A DNA stretch of 63,969 nt, filler included, from Perkinsus chesapeaki ATCC PRA-425 (taxonomy: Eukaryota; Protista; Perkinsozoa): NCBI GenBank assembly GCA_013115145.1. It is 11 parts of 11 records of this genome, joined end to end, with 100 filler letters (N's around TTAATTAATTAA, not from the genome) between each part and the next. Parts side by side here need not be neighbours in the genome. Positions count along the whole stretch, not along the records: positions 1 to 17,868 come from JAAPAO010000678.1; 10 more parts are not named here. One strand, given 5' to 3'. The notes below the pieces were generated by a model, which made no database searches, was not told the DNA's origin, and saw nothing but the letters and a program-made list of their open reading frames with translations. Of the stretch, positions 1 to 12,686 are shown piece by piece (positions within the stretch are counted from its first letter, which is position 1; each line of letters starts with the position of its first letter). The position numbers and the translations under genes were made by a program.

Positions 1-169
1 CAGTGAGTCACCATAGACGGGCAGTAGCTATACTAGCATAATCATCACTACGAGATATACTAATGTGCAAATGCGGAGTAGCTTAGGAGTGGGAGTATCT
101 TAGGATATCCGAAACGGAAATGAAACCGCGCTTGCATGAGCGAAGCGAAGGATCACAGATATACAAACG

Positions 170-3100
170 TCATGCATCTACAATATCTTGAGGAGTAGGT
201 AGAGGCTGTGAGCGGACAATCTGCTGTCGAGCCATAAACGCACGCTGCACGGCGGCCGCGCGAGTGATGATCTTGTTGTACTTGTCGTTGAGATTAGCGA
301 TGACCGCAGCTTGGCGTATAGGCATCAAATTGTAACCAGCTTCAGTAGAAGATCGTCCATCAGCACCGTCTTCTCTCGATCCCAACCAATACACCAAATA
401 CGTATCAGCTGGCCTAACGGACATAACACGAGCCGGACCGATCCAATTAGAAGCAACCTTGTAGTGAGCAGGTCTCCAAACATAAACCCAAGTGCCCAAA
501 GGTATAGGACCGCTACGTCGACCAACAGAAGCAAGGGCCCAGGACTTACGCGATGCTGCTCTTCTAAGATCCCAGTTAGCCTGGTAGAGCTTCAAGCTAA
601 CTCCAAGAGACTCTCTAATAGCTGCAGCAACCTGAGCAACATTGTTGTTAACCTTAGAGGCTAGCTCGGACGGAGGAATAGCTTCAAAGGCCTTGATAAA
701 ATGCTCAGCAGCGGGCGATAAGGGCCGACCATTAGCTCCACCAGGAAGTAGTGTAGTAGAGCCTTTGGCTAAATATAGATCATTAGGAGTAACCACAGCA
801 GAGCACAGCGCACAACCTGGCAGGGGAGAGTTGTTGTAGGCGTGAGTGACCAAACTGTGATATTTCCACCAGTGGCAGGCAGGGGAGTTAGTTTCCAGCA
901 ACATACTCCGCAAACCATTCTGATACTCTCGATGGCAGCGCTCATAGAAGGCCAAGTGTGGGACATAGGGAGGAACAACCAGGAGCTGAATACCTCTGGC
1001 CACGAACATACCTCTCACAAGCAAGTTAGCGAACTCCTTACCACCGTCCATCAAGCACACACTCGGGGAGATATCATCAAGAAGCTCGCCCAGGACAGTC
1101 GCCACTTCCGCACTGGTCTTAGTAGCCAACGTACGAGTCCATATCCTATAAGTGGCAGCACAAACAACCATGAGGATATATCTAGGCGTTGGCAAGGCAT
1201 CAGAGTTATTATCAGAGCGGACACCAGAAGCTTGGAAAGCAGTATCAACTTCGGCACCCCAAGGGCTAATATTATCAGCAGCAGTTGAGCCATAGACGAG
1301 CAAGTCGACACCAAGTAGCTCACCAGGAAGAGAGGAGCGGACACGTGCTTGGCCAAGAGAGTGCCGATGCAACCTGGAGGACTTGATGCGCTGGCACGTA
1401 TCGCAAGAGCAAACGATACGGTTGACAAGCTTGTAGAGACCTTTACACCAGAAATAGCGGGCAACTAACTGACGAGTTCTATCACGACCGGGATGCTTAG
1501 CACAGACGTGAACAGCTTCGACCACTTCCTTAGCAAGGGCTGCGGGAACAACTATAGTAGGCCGTCCTTCAGGGGCTTCAATAGTACGCAAGATGATACC
1601 ATCGTCACCAACATGGAAGAACTTCTTGAGGTTACTGATGTAGCTAGCAGATAACTCTGGACAGTTCCCTTCGAAGGCCTTGACAATGTTCTTGCAGAGA
1701 GGGTCGTCCACTTGACAGGACCTGATCTTGTCAATAAGATCATTCGAAAAGTCTTCGGGAACATCAGAACCAGGAAGCGGGTTGTCATCTACAGCAGATA
1801 ACAAAGTTATATCTACATCCTCCGGGGCCTCGGCGAAGTCAGTGGAGATATCAGCAGTATTCCAGAAGCATAAGGGGCGAAAGGGCTGCAGTAGCAGGGC
1901 TTCAAAATATTGTCGCCGTTCCTCGAGTAGGTCGGGGATAACACGAGCACGAGTTGGACCATCGGCTGGATTAATCTTGCCAGGTATGTGATGCATACTG
2001 AGGCCCAACTTAGCGTCGCACTCCCTCGCTCGGTAGATGTTGACGATTTCCCAGCATGGAAGGCCTTTGGTACGGAACTTGCGGGCAGTACAGCGGGCAA
2101 GGTTGATGAGGCTGTCGGTGCAAATGTACCGAATCTCGACACCAAGCTTAGAGAGGAAGGCGCACACATCAATACCGAGGAGGATGGCAGTTAGCTCTTG
2201 GCGCACAATCGTCCACGACAGGCGCATAGTAGGGATAACCTGTGCCCTAGCAAAGAGCCTAGTACCCATCTTGTCGCAGACAACGGCCGCAATGATATCC
2301 TTGCTGGCATCCACCGTAATGAAGAACGGACCAGAAAGGTAGCGGGGAACTCGAGGCACCTCCGATAAGGCCTTGTACAGGGCAACCAGCTCGGTGAGAA
2401 GGGCGGCGTCACGCACAGTATCATCGGGCGAAGAAACAGCAGAGCTCATCTTGCGATGCAGTAGCCGCACTCGGAGCACGAGTTCCAACCACAGACCCAT
2501 AGGGTCAAAGAATTGCCGCAGCCAGGAGTCGACCTTCCGAGGAGTGATGTTCAAATCAACAAGGTGCTCTAATCCGCACACGGACAAGGCATCCGCGTAC
2601 GTGAAATCATCAATATTGTGCACGCGTGCAGAATCGCGGTCACAGAGCTGATCCTCAGTGAGGTGGTCGAAGGAAACCTCGGGAAGGGTCGACAACGGGG
2701 CTACGCGAACAGGGGAGATAGAAGAGCCATGGTGGATAAGAACACCAAGGTGCTTCACAACTGATTGGCTGCTATCATCAGTTTCCTTGTCGGGCTCGCA
2801 GACGAAACCAAAGAAGCGGGCAATGACTCGGAACACTTCGAGGGACACCATCCTAGCATTAGCAGTTTTGGCCGTGATGGTGGCATCGTCCAGGAACAAG
2901 CGTAACCACGATAAAGCGGTGCAAGGGCTTGAGAAGTCAGAGCGGGCAGAGAAGTGACGAGTAATAGGGCCAATCTTGAGGGAGCCGTAGTCCACATCAG
3001 TTGCCTTCGGAGCTGGGTCGCCAAAGAGGAAGGTCAGAATATACAGCGCGAGAGAGGCAACCGGGCGAAGGGCTCGCATGAGCATACCAGGGCTTGGACG

Positions 3101-4061
3101 CAGTCCCATCATAACAACGGAGAACTCGAAGGCCATACTCCGATAAATAAACCTCTGGAATTTACGACCGGACGACAAGGGCTTGTGCGGGAAGCAGTGA
3201 ACACAGGGAAGTGGGGCATGTAGTAGGCAACGCTGTCATCAGCCTCGACATCGGACACTGGTACCGGGCGAATATAACCAGCCCTCTTGAAAGAATTAAT
3301 CAAGCTATCATAGAGCTTAAGATGGCCTGATTGCTGTAGCCTGCCGAGAAGGGCAAGGTCTCGCCGAATAAGCTGTTTGAGGCAGCTAGTCAGACCTTCT
3401 GAGGCACGATGAAGGGTAGCTGCATAGTCATCCGCCTGGCAGAAGTGATAGTACCGTCCTTGAGCACCATCGGGCCTTTCTCAACCGAGACTAGCAGGTC
3501 GTGAGGGCCTTGAGGGTAGAGCTCAGTGTAGGGTAAGTCGTAGACAGAGACTTCGGACGTACTCTCCTTAACCTCAGAGCGGGCATCTATCTTAACATCA
3601 GTGGCCTCCTCGATAACAAAGTCGTCAACTATAGGAGAGATACCGGCCAAACACTCAACGGCGCTATAGCTGTCAATGGTGACACCGCGGTGCAGAGGAC
3701 ATTGAAGCAGGCTCGGAGCCACAGTGGCCTCCTCGAGAAGGGCCAGCAATTCACCAGGCTGAGAAATGTTATCAGTCTGCGTACTTGAGGACTTCTTAGA
3801 TGGCTGCTGACGCTTCTTAGAAAGACCTTCTTGTAATTGATGCCACTGAACAGGACCTACACCGGTTCTCGCTGAACATGTACCAGGGGATATCCACATC
3901 AGCATGCCTAGAGCGGACAAGCCATGCATACCGATGACAAGAGGAGTAGTGAGCTCGGGGACAACGAGGAAGTCTAGCTTGACCCTGGAGTTGACGGTGA
4001 GAACAGTGAGTCGAATGGCCTGAGTAGCATAGAAGGTCTGCTTGTTGGCAACTCGAAAGGG
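170..4061 (-). pseudogene. pol remnant: protease C-terminus, RT, RNase H, integrase
   Basis: Spread over three frames (ORFs 3390-3929, 3109-3303 extended upstream, and 170-3178). The RT motif-A segment is missing between RPVVN and KFQRFIYR. The RNase H-integrase portion is open and retains LLGVDL / LMDGGKEF / FYERCHR. Confidence 0.8.
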
Positions 4062-6349
4062 CTAAGGGACTGGTAAAGAATATACCTGACCAAGTTTAGA
4101 AGCCACAGATAGCTGAGCAAAGTTGCAGCTAGCACCAGTATCCAGAAGGCAGACGACACTGACAGGACCGGACGAACCTCCAAGCTCGGACACGACCTTA
4201 ATTGATGTAGAGAGCGCACCAGGGGCTTTAGCGGGCTCGGACTCGATGCATCCTAGAGACTCGTAGAAGTCGACAGCAGTATCGGACTCACTAGGATCGG
4301 CGCCAGTGATAAGGGCAGCATTAGACTGCTCCGTTAGGGGCTCCTCGCGCGGCTTCGCGGACGGACATATAAATGCCAGATGTCCAACCTGAAGGCAGCG
4401 GCCACACGGAATTCCCGCTGCGACTATACGGTTGTCACAGTCGGCAGTAGAGTGGCGATATATGCCACACTTGGCACATCTCTTAGCGGAGTCAACAGGA
4501 GCTCTAGCGGGACAGTCATTAAGGGCATGGGTGGCGCCAGCTTCTCGACAACGGTGGCAAGCAGGTCTGGGTCTCTTCTGAGAGCCGGTGGGCTTAGAGT
4601 CACGCGACTGCTTATGACCTTTAGCTCCACCATCCATAGTCACCGAAGATGTGGCCTCACCAGTAGTAGCAGCGGCGAGGACTTGTGGTGCAGGAGGCGG
4701 GCAGGGAATAGAGGTCGGAGGGGCCGGTGAGGTTCCTTGGGGCCAGGCATAGTTGGCAGACTGAGTCATAGCTGTGTCGTTGTTGGCAGCGGGCATGAAG
4801 GTTTGTAAGGGCTTCTTGACATAGTCACCTTTCTTATCGAGTATCCACTGACCAGGGCGTAAGGCACTCCAGCCAGTACCTATGCGATGGTTAACACAAT
4901 GGACTCGAATCCTACGCTGGAATTCACTCTCCTCGAGGTTGAGCGGGACGTGATCAGTCACCCAAGCACTAACTTCTGCCGGAAGAGCAGCAAGTAAGCG
5001 GCCATTAGCTTGAGTAGCGGGGAAGAGGTGTCCTCGCCTACGAAGTTGAGCTAGTAGAGTAGTGAACTCCTCCTCGAAATGACGGTAGGTAGGAAAGTCA
5101 GCGAAGTGCAGAGTATACCACCGGTTGAGGATAGTGCTGTCGTCGTTCCCCTGGTCAGTACCGTAGAGTTGGCGGAGAGCAGTAGTAGCCGCCTCATATT
5201 GGCGACCATAGGGAATATGGTTGATAGCACCGTAAACAGACTCGAGCTTGATGGTGAGCTGTTGAGAGACATGACTGGAGAGGTTCTCGAATAAGTAAAT
5301 AAATCGAAAACCATCAGAGCCTAACTTGAAGATCATGGAACTACATTCCATCTCATGAAGAAAGTCTTGCAGGCTCCTAAACTCCGTCTCGTCAGCAGAG
5401 CCTTTCCAAGGACCACCAGGAGGACCTTTAGCGGACGAAGCGGCCATGCGAGAGCGCTCTTGAGCCCAGTCAGATGCAGCACCAGTGCTGGAGCCGATAT
5501 CAGCACGAATGCTCTCCTCAATAGTTCGCAAGTTGTCACCGGGGTCGACAAGAGTAATACTGTTGTTGCCACCAAACCTTGCTGTAGGAGCGGGCAAGGC
5601 TTGAGGCAGAGGCAGTTGGGGTACAGCTTGTTGTGAAGGGCTATAAACCGGAGCTTGCTGTGTAGGGGGCTTGCTTGCAGAGGAGCAACCTGTGGAGCAT
5701 TATTAGCTACCGGAGTTGAGCGAGCCTTCTTGAGAGCCATAAAATCACAAAACTGCTGGAAGAGAGAGTCCATAGGGTCACCAGGGCTAACCTGTTGAGC
5801 ACCACTGAGCAGACCTTGAGGAATAGAGCGGACAAAATCTGCTTGATGGAATTGCTGTGGAGGTTCTTCTCTAGGGCGTAAGGGCAAGACAGGCGAAGGC
5901 GTCTTAGAGGGAATGTCGTGCTGGACATAGTGCATAGAGTAAGCGGACACCTGCTTGCTAGTAGGAGGCCTCTGTTGCATAGAGTGATCAGAAAAGCCAT
6001 ACTGATCGTGAGCTTCAGAGGTATTGGCCGCAGCAGTGTGGAGAGGTAGAACGGAGTGCTCATCCACAAGGGAGTCAGCGTCGAGCAAACTTATCTCAGG
6101 GGCAACTTGCTGCGTAGAAGAGTGAGCAGAAAATTCCCTCTGATCTGTAGCAGGATTGCCACCGAGTAGCAGTGGTGGCTCTCCACGTTCAGTTACAGGA
6201 CCCTGAACAGGCAAGGGGGTGGTATCATTATCAGCGGACTCGTGCGAACCAGCGACGTCTGTAGGTGGGGTAGCCTGAGGAACCAAACCTTGCTGTTGAC
6301 GATGTTGAGCAAGACGTGGAGAAATTCTGGGCTCACGGCTGAAGTTCAT
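4062..6349 (-). pseudogene. gag (to start of protease), frameshifted near 5660
   Basis: The 338-aa Pro/Gln-rich ORF and the 511-aa ORF join by one frameshift (APLQA / TQQAPVYSPSQQAVPQ). Knuckles are CHRCREAGATHALNDC, CAKCGIYRHSTADC and CGRCLQVGHLAFIC. An in-frame TAG at 4062-4064 falls inside the protease, which continues PFRVANKQ..LDFLVVPELTTPLVIGM. Confidence 0.8.
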
Positions 6350-6660
6350 ATACCAAGTTAATAGAAGCTAGTTGAAAAGGTTCTCGGATGATAATAGCAG
6401 CGATTTGGGGGTTTAGAGTATCACTGCGAGACTCCTAGAGACGCAACACCTAGAAGATTGCAGATATAGGTGTAGTAGGCAGAGTAGTAGGCGATGAACG
6501 GACGTAGTCTTCAACCAAGGAGCAGAGGTGAAGACAGAGCAAGATAACGTCGGAACAATGCCAGAGATGAGACGAGGGTTTTGCCCAGAGCAAGGGCAGG
6601 CAGAACAGAACAAACTGAACTGAGATAACAGAAATCACATCAACTACTAAGGGCTAAGTA
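6350..6660 (-). repeat. Possible 5' LTR/leader of the element at 170-6349
   Basis: Non-coding stretch directly upstream of the gag ATG, ending at the switch to AT-rich DNA. No second LTR copy is present in the window to confirm it. Confidence 0.3.
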
Positions 6661-6821
6661 GATCAATTAATCAGCAATAGATGTCGATAGGCTAGAATCT
6701 AATATCGATCGATTCATGCAATTTGCACAAACGACATCGCGCTACTATTATAATTGTTGATGATGGAGGAAAAGCACCCCTTTCTCCATCTTTGACCATC
6801 ATCATCATTTATATTATTATT

Positions 6822-7689
6822 ATGGGAGGAGACGGTGGATCATTACCAGCACGTAGTGTTATGGTTAAAACTAAAGGTTATGGTTTATCACGTAATGATA
6901 GTATTGGTGGTATGGGATATGGTGCAAATCATATGGGTAGAATAGAAGAAGAAATAATTGATAATAAAAGATTAAAACAGATTAAAATGCAATATTGTAC
7001 ATTAACACAAGATATATTATATAAAAAACCAGTAATAATATTATTATTAGTAATAAGGAATATTATTATTAGGTGGTAGTATGCCGATATGGTAATATGT
7101 ATAGTAAAGAATCATTATATAAAGCATTATTAGACAAAACAAAACAAGAATTACCAAAAGAATTGAAACATATTAGAAAAATTAAAGATGTAATAAATAT
7201 GAGTTATTACTTGTTAAACTACTGCTGCTGATCTTGCTTGACTTCTCATGCTGCTGCTGCTGTGATTCTTCTTCTTCTCCTTGTTAGGTACGTACTGCTA
7301 ATATTGAATGGATTGATAATATTGATATTACTAAAGATAGACATTGTACATTTAGATGCCCAATAACTAAAAAAGATTTAGATGATGGTTCAAGAAAAGT
7401 TGTTATGTTATGGTCATGTGGATGTATAATGGATAAAGAATGTTGTAATATTAATAATAATAAATGTATGAATTGTGGCGCACCTTATAATTATAATAAT
7501 GATATTATTAATATAGCGCCTATGACTGAGGATGAAATAAAACATAATAAAGATATATATAATAGATTAAATAATACAAAAAGAACAACACATAAGAAGA
7601 AGAATAATAAAGGATATAATAACATTAATAAGCAGGATACACTAACAGCAACAATAAACAAAAGAACATTTAGTGCAAGAAAAGAGTAA
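6822..7689 (+). CDS. RTF2: Replication termination factor 2 (Rtf2 RING-like) protein, multi-exon
   Basis: N-terminus MGGDGGSLPARSVMVK, then CTLTQDILYKKP/VVVCRYGNMYSKESLYKALLDK..HIRKLKDV, and C-terminal FRCPITKK..LWSCGCI..CMNCG..DII. Short AT-rich GT-AG introns; stop TAA at 7687-7689. Confidence 0.85.
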
Positions 7690-7976
7690 TATAAATATCA
7701 GCAATAGATACAGATTGTCGTTGTTGTCGTTTATATATTATTATTAGGTATATTGATGATGCTATGAATAAATTAAGAAAATCATCTGTATATGATTCAT
7801 TATTTAATAATAAAAATAATGATGATGATAGAGATGCGTTTGGTAGATCATTTTAATAATGGTTATAAAATTGAAAGTGAATATCTGTACAATAATTATT
7901 AGAAGTATTACTGCTATTGTGTTAATTTAATTATTATTATTCATCATAATAATAGATATCATTGTTATATAATACA

Positions 7977-10065
7977 ATGGCTTCAAATAATGAGGATAAT
8001 ATTAGAAAAAGAATCAATGTTATAAAAGATGATGGGAATAATAATAAGCATATAAAGGGGGATATTGATGATAATGGTACTACTAATAATAGTAGTATAA
8101 TAAAATCATTATTTCCTATTAATGATGGTGATGGATTCTTTTTACCATTATTTCCGAAGTAATAATAATATTATATATATTAATAATAGTACAATTATTT
8201 TTATTGTTATTATTATAGTATATTAGATACATAACAAAGGAAGGTGGTAAAGAATTAAAAGAATTTAAATATTATGGTGAAGATCGTAGTATATTATATA
8301 AATATATATTATCACCATTAGCTGAATATTTAGTAAATAATTATACATGTAAATATAGAATACATCCAAATATATTAACAATAAGTGGTTTAATATGTAC
8401 TATTATACCACATTTAATAGTATTATATTATGCACCTAATATGATTGAAAAATGTCCATCATGGGTCTGGTTATTAACATCAATAATGATATTTATTAAT
8501 CAAACGTTAGATAATATGGATGGTAAACAAGCAAGAAAATTGGGTTTATCAAGCCCATTAGGATTAGTATTAGATCATGGTTGTGATGCACTTAATGTTG
8601 TTATGACTACATTTTCAGTAGCAACTTTATTTCAGTTTGGATCAACATATAAGTAATAATAATATAATAGTACTACTACCGTATTATAAATAACGTCGTT
8701 GTTGTTGTTGTTAATTTAGAACATTATATGTGATGTTGATTGGAGCAGTACCATTCTTTTTTGCAAGTTGGGAGGAATTTTATGCAGGTAATAATACTAG
8801 TAGTATTAATAGTGATGGTGGTGGTGGTGGTGTTATATAGGTGAATTCATTATGCCACAATTTAATGGACCATCCGAAGGTATATTCATACTTATAAGTG
8901 TATTCTTAATTGGTTATATAGTTAATGACTATACAATATTCTATCATAATATATTATATATACCTAAGATATCATCATTATGCTGCTACGGGCTGTTATT
9001 ATTATCATCAGATGGTAGTAGTAGGTGGGGGTTAGAGGACTATATACCATCACCATCAGCAGCAGCAGCAGGAGGAGGAGGAGTAAATGGTGATGATCAT
9101 GATGGTGATTATTATAAATTAGAATATTGTGATATACCATTAATAGGGTAAGTATTATTACTATATTATTATTGATATTACTATTATTATTAGGTGTACT
9201 ATATTCGCACTTATTGTTATATATACTAATGTACGTAATGTTATAAGACATGAAAAAGATAAAAAAATATATTATGATAATAATAATAAAGAATTGAATA
9301 GGATTAATTATAGTGGACATCATCGTAATCATAATCATCATCATCTAAAACATTTAAAACATTATAATGGTAATAGTAATACCATTAATACGGTATAGTC
9401 ACTGTGATTATCGACATTGTGTTGTTGTTGTTGTTGTTAGGTAAGAGGCCTCGTATACGTGATGCATTATCATGTGCATTCCCATTTTGTTTGGGTGGTA
9501 TATTATCATTATTATGGGTATTATGGTCATATGATAATGTTATGGATAAACATCCAAGATTAGTTATATGGATGATTGGTTTAATATTCTCTAAATTAGT
9601 AACACATATACAATTAGCACATGTTTGTGGTGAAAGATATACGGCATGGCGTAAAACATATTTAATACCATTAATTATAATAACATGTAATAATAATAAT
9701 AATACTAGTGATAATAATAATAATAATAATAGTGATAATAATAATAATAATAATAGTGATAATAATAATAATAATACTAGTGATAATAATAATAATAATA
9801 TTAGGTAATTGTGGTATTGGATATTATTTTGGATATAATGGTGGTAGTGATGGATCACCACCGATAGATGAATCATTATTATTAATATGTATGACAATGA
9901 TAGCAATAATTGGATATTTTAATATGGTATATGGTGTATTAACAGAAATGGTAATATAATAATAATAACAATGATATACATGTATATTATTATTATTAGG
10001 CTGAGGTATTAAAATGTAATATATTTACAGTACCAAATCAAAATAATAATAATAATAAAGAATAA
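7977..10065 (+). CDS. CEPT1: CDP-alcohol phosphatidyltransferase (choline/ethanolamine phosphotransferase family), multi-exon
   Basis: Signature QTLDNMDGKQARKLGLSSPLGLVLDHGCD; N-terminal YKYYG.DRSILY-like and HPNILT motifs; WEEFY, FNGPSEG, several hydrophobic helices; last exon AEVLKCNIFTVP then TAA. Intron boundaries are approximate. Confidence 0.85.
9690..9801 (+). repeat. (AAT)n-based minisatellite, about 27-bp units (AGTGAT(AAT)n), intronic
   Basis: Repeat is directly visible. Confidence 0.8.
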
Positions 10066-10446
10066 TAATAATAATAATATTGTCATAGGTTACCTGCTTC
10101 ATAACTAACATAATACTACTTCTCTTATGGAAGTTATTTTCTTATTATAATTATTATATAATCATTTAGTTGTTAATCATCAACAAACATTTGTATATAT
10201 TTATTATATGACCATACAATTAGTGATACTCATACTTTAGACTAGTACGTAGAGGAGCTTAGAATCCACAACTCAATCATCAGTCATCACCGAGTAAGAT
10301 GATGGTGCCCCCCCCGCCAAGTATGTAAGTAGTAGTTATGTCATCATGGTCATATGGGCTGCTGTTTAGTGGTTATATAATAACATATATAATCTTTTCC
10401 CATACAACGATCCTTTATCTCACCATATCCTTCTTTATTCCAGCAT

Positions 10447-10595
10447 CTAGTTAAGCATTGATAATCGTGCGGCCAGTGAAGTGCCGCCATCAATCTCATT
10501 CCCTATACAGCATTTCTGAGCAGCCTTCACTGCCCATTCAAAACTGGGCCAAAACTGGACGACGACGACGATGACGATGATGATGATGATGATGC

Positions 10596-10642
<47 letters not shown>

Positions 10643-11330
10643 CTGTGGTATCTGGCTGATCTTATTCGACGCATCTTCAAGGGACACCAACTCGCTCTTA
10701 CCGTATGATCGCACTTATCGCCCTATCTTGGGTCCCCAGTAAGTCAGCGAGTGCAAGTGCGCTGGTTGGTATATGGCGGCGGCGGTAGTATAGCTGCGCT
10801 TTCAATGCCCTTGAGCTGCTACCCACCCTGCATCACGATTGCATAATAGTAGGGGAGTTTAATAATCTATTAAAACCAGTTGGCAACTACCTCGATGCCA
10901 CGGGTGTTCGACCTCGTCGTCGTCGTCGTACTGCTGCTGCTGTTGCTGTTGCACCACTTGCCATCTCTAGAGGACCAGCGAGGCCAATTACAGGCGAGCC
11001 ATGACGGTCGAACTCCATCACGGTTTCAACATCATCATCATCATCATCCACTCATCTCAGTGGCATGATCTAAACAGTATACTGTAGGTGAACCAGCGAA
11101 TGAGTGAAGCCTTCGAGTGAACAACCCCATACTGGTGCACCGAACGCGATGCGAGGGATATCGAGGATTCAGGCATTTCAGTGGAAGTAGCCCAGCAGCA
11201 GCAGCATGCATTGGATCAATTGGCCAATATCAAAACTGACCGAGCGTCGCCACCACCACCCTACGAGCAAACGCATATGCGATAGATTGAGATAATACCT
11301 GTGTCACACCGTTCAGTTGAGCCTGGTCAA
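10447..11330 (-). CDS. Hypothetical multi-exon gene
   Basis: GC-richer exon-like blocks (DDDDDVETVMEFDRHGSPVIGLAGPLEMASG; VGSSSRALKAQLYYRRRHIP; FWPSFEWAVKAAQKCC) separated by GT..AG segments. No family recognised and the structure is uncertain. Confidence 0.35.
10558..10642 (+). repeat. (GAC)/(GAT)n microsatellite
   Basis: About 28 trinucleotide units are directly visible. Confidence 0.95.
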
Positions 11331-11495
11331 TAATAAATAATAAATCATTAATAACAGTAGTAATAATATGGTTATATGTCAATCAGGCAATATTAGCAGA
11401 AAATTAAATAATAATAATATTGAATAAGGAAAAGTGATAATCATCATCATACAATACTATCATTAGTATTCATAATCTTGGAATTTTGGTGGCCG

Positions 11496-11603
11496 TATAA
11501 TATTTATTATTGTCATATCTATTCGTATTATATAATATTTATTATTGTCATATCTATTCGTATTATATAATATTTACTATTGTCATATCTATTCGTATTA
11601 TAT
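11496..11603 (+). repeat. Tandem repeat, 3 x 35 bp
   Basis: Unit TATAATATTTATTATTGTCATATCTATTCGTATTA at 11496, 11531 and 11566, with one mismatch. Confidence 0.95.
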
Positions 11604-11772
11604 TTAATATATTAACTAAATCACTCTAACATGGAATTGTATTAACATGTTGCCCCTCCTCTTTTCCTCTATGTTGTATATATTATTGTGTATTAATAAT
11701 GATTATGTTACCTCCAGTAAATGTATATTAGGCCTCATTATTATTGATAATAATACTTAATAATAATAATCA

Positions 11773-12686
11773 ATGCACCTGCTGATGATGCTGCTTCTAC
11801 TGACTATTGAGGGTATATATTTATCATCCTTATATAAAGTTAATGGTTATAAATTTGGTCAAAAATCAGGAATAGAAGGATGGTTAGAAGATCATAATTA
11901 TTTTCGATGTATGCATGGTGCAGGTGAATTAAAGTGGAGTGATGCTCTAGCCAAAAGGTAATGTATTAGCATTATTATACCGTTCATTATTATAATACTA
12001 TTTATCTGTATGTAACACCAACATAATAATTATTATATATCTTTAGATCATTAAACCAAGCTAAACGTATTAATAGTATTGAAATGATTGAACATAGTGA
12101 TTCATATAATGGTATACCACCTGGTGGAGAGAATACTGCATTATCTGGTGGTACTAAATGTAGTAAAGGTATTAAAGATTATAATCAAAGTTGTGCAGTA
12201 TGGTTATGGCATAATGAATATACAGAATATTGGCACAATAATAAAGGATATAGATGGCAAGATAATCTTGGACAAATAGGTCATGCTACAGCAATGTTAT
12301 GGAAAAATATTGATATTATCGGTTGTGGTATGTATGGTAGAGGTTATGTATGTCAATATGGTAATAGTAAATGTGTTAAAAATACATATGAATGTTGGAA
12401 GAATAATCCTGCTCAATTACCTAATTTTAATATGGGTCAATGTAAAGATGATGGTTCATGTGTTGAACGTTGGGATTCTAATCGATTAAGTAAATGTTCA
12501 GGATACAAGGTATTATAATAATACTATTACTAGTTATTTGATAGTCTGTGATTATAGGTTGATGTTAAAAAAGCGATAAGGCAAGGTAACTTAGCTATAC
12601 CACCTTCATTATTATCTTCAAAGGCTTATTCTCCTTCAATGCCGCCATCTCATCTGCAGGGTATCACCACTCTACTGCAGGTATGA
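11773..12686 (+). CDS. Secreted CAP/SCP (PR-1-like) protein, about 3 exons
   Basis: Hydrophobic N-terminus; CAP motifs HNYFRCMH, GEN, AVWLWHNE, GHATAMLW, IGCG and YVCQY; Cys-rich C-terminal extension. The last exon is tentative. Confidence 0.85.

Larger units (their letters stand above)
170..6660 (-). mobile_element. Degenerate BEL/Pao-like LTR retrotransposon (gag-PR-RT-RNaseH-IN)
   Basis: Domain order is Gag with 3 Cys/His knuckles, protease LLDTGASC, RT (YMPHFPV..RPVVN, GLRPSPG, FLDD, FDPMG), RNase H (VDAS..ARAQVIP..RQELTAILLG) and integrase (H-x4-H..C-x2-C, D-D-E, WIGP). Broken by stops, frameshifts and an RT deletion. Outer boundaries are approximate. Confidence 0.85.

Noticed and set aside
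311-5636. Numerous + strand ORFs over the retroelement, and similar shadow ORFs over other long CDSs
   Set aside because: Antisense shadows of stop-poor coding sequence with no recognisable motifs.
6350-6365. TGGTATATGAAC as an initiator-Met PBS
   Set aside because: Only partial similarity to known iMet PBS sequences; retained only as the weaker shared-junction observation.
8964-9959. Long Ile/Leu/Met/Asn-rich ORFs in the ORF track
   Set aside because: Artefacts of (AAT)/(GAT) repeats and antisense frames of the phosphotransferase gene.
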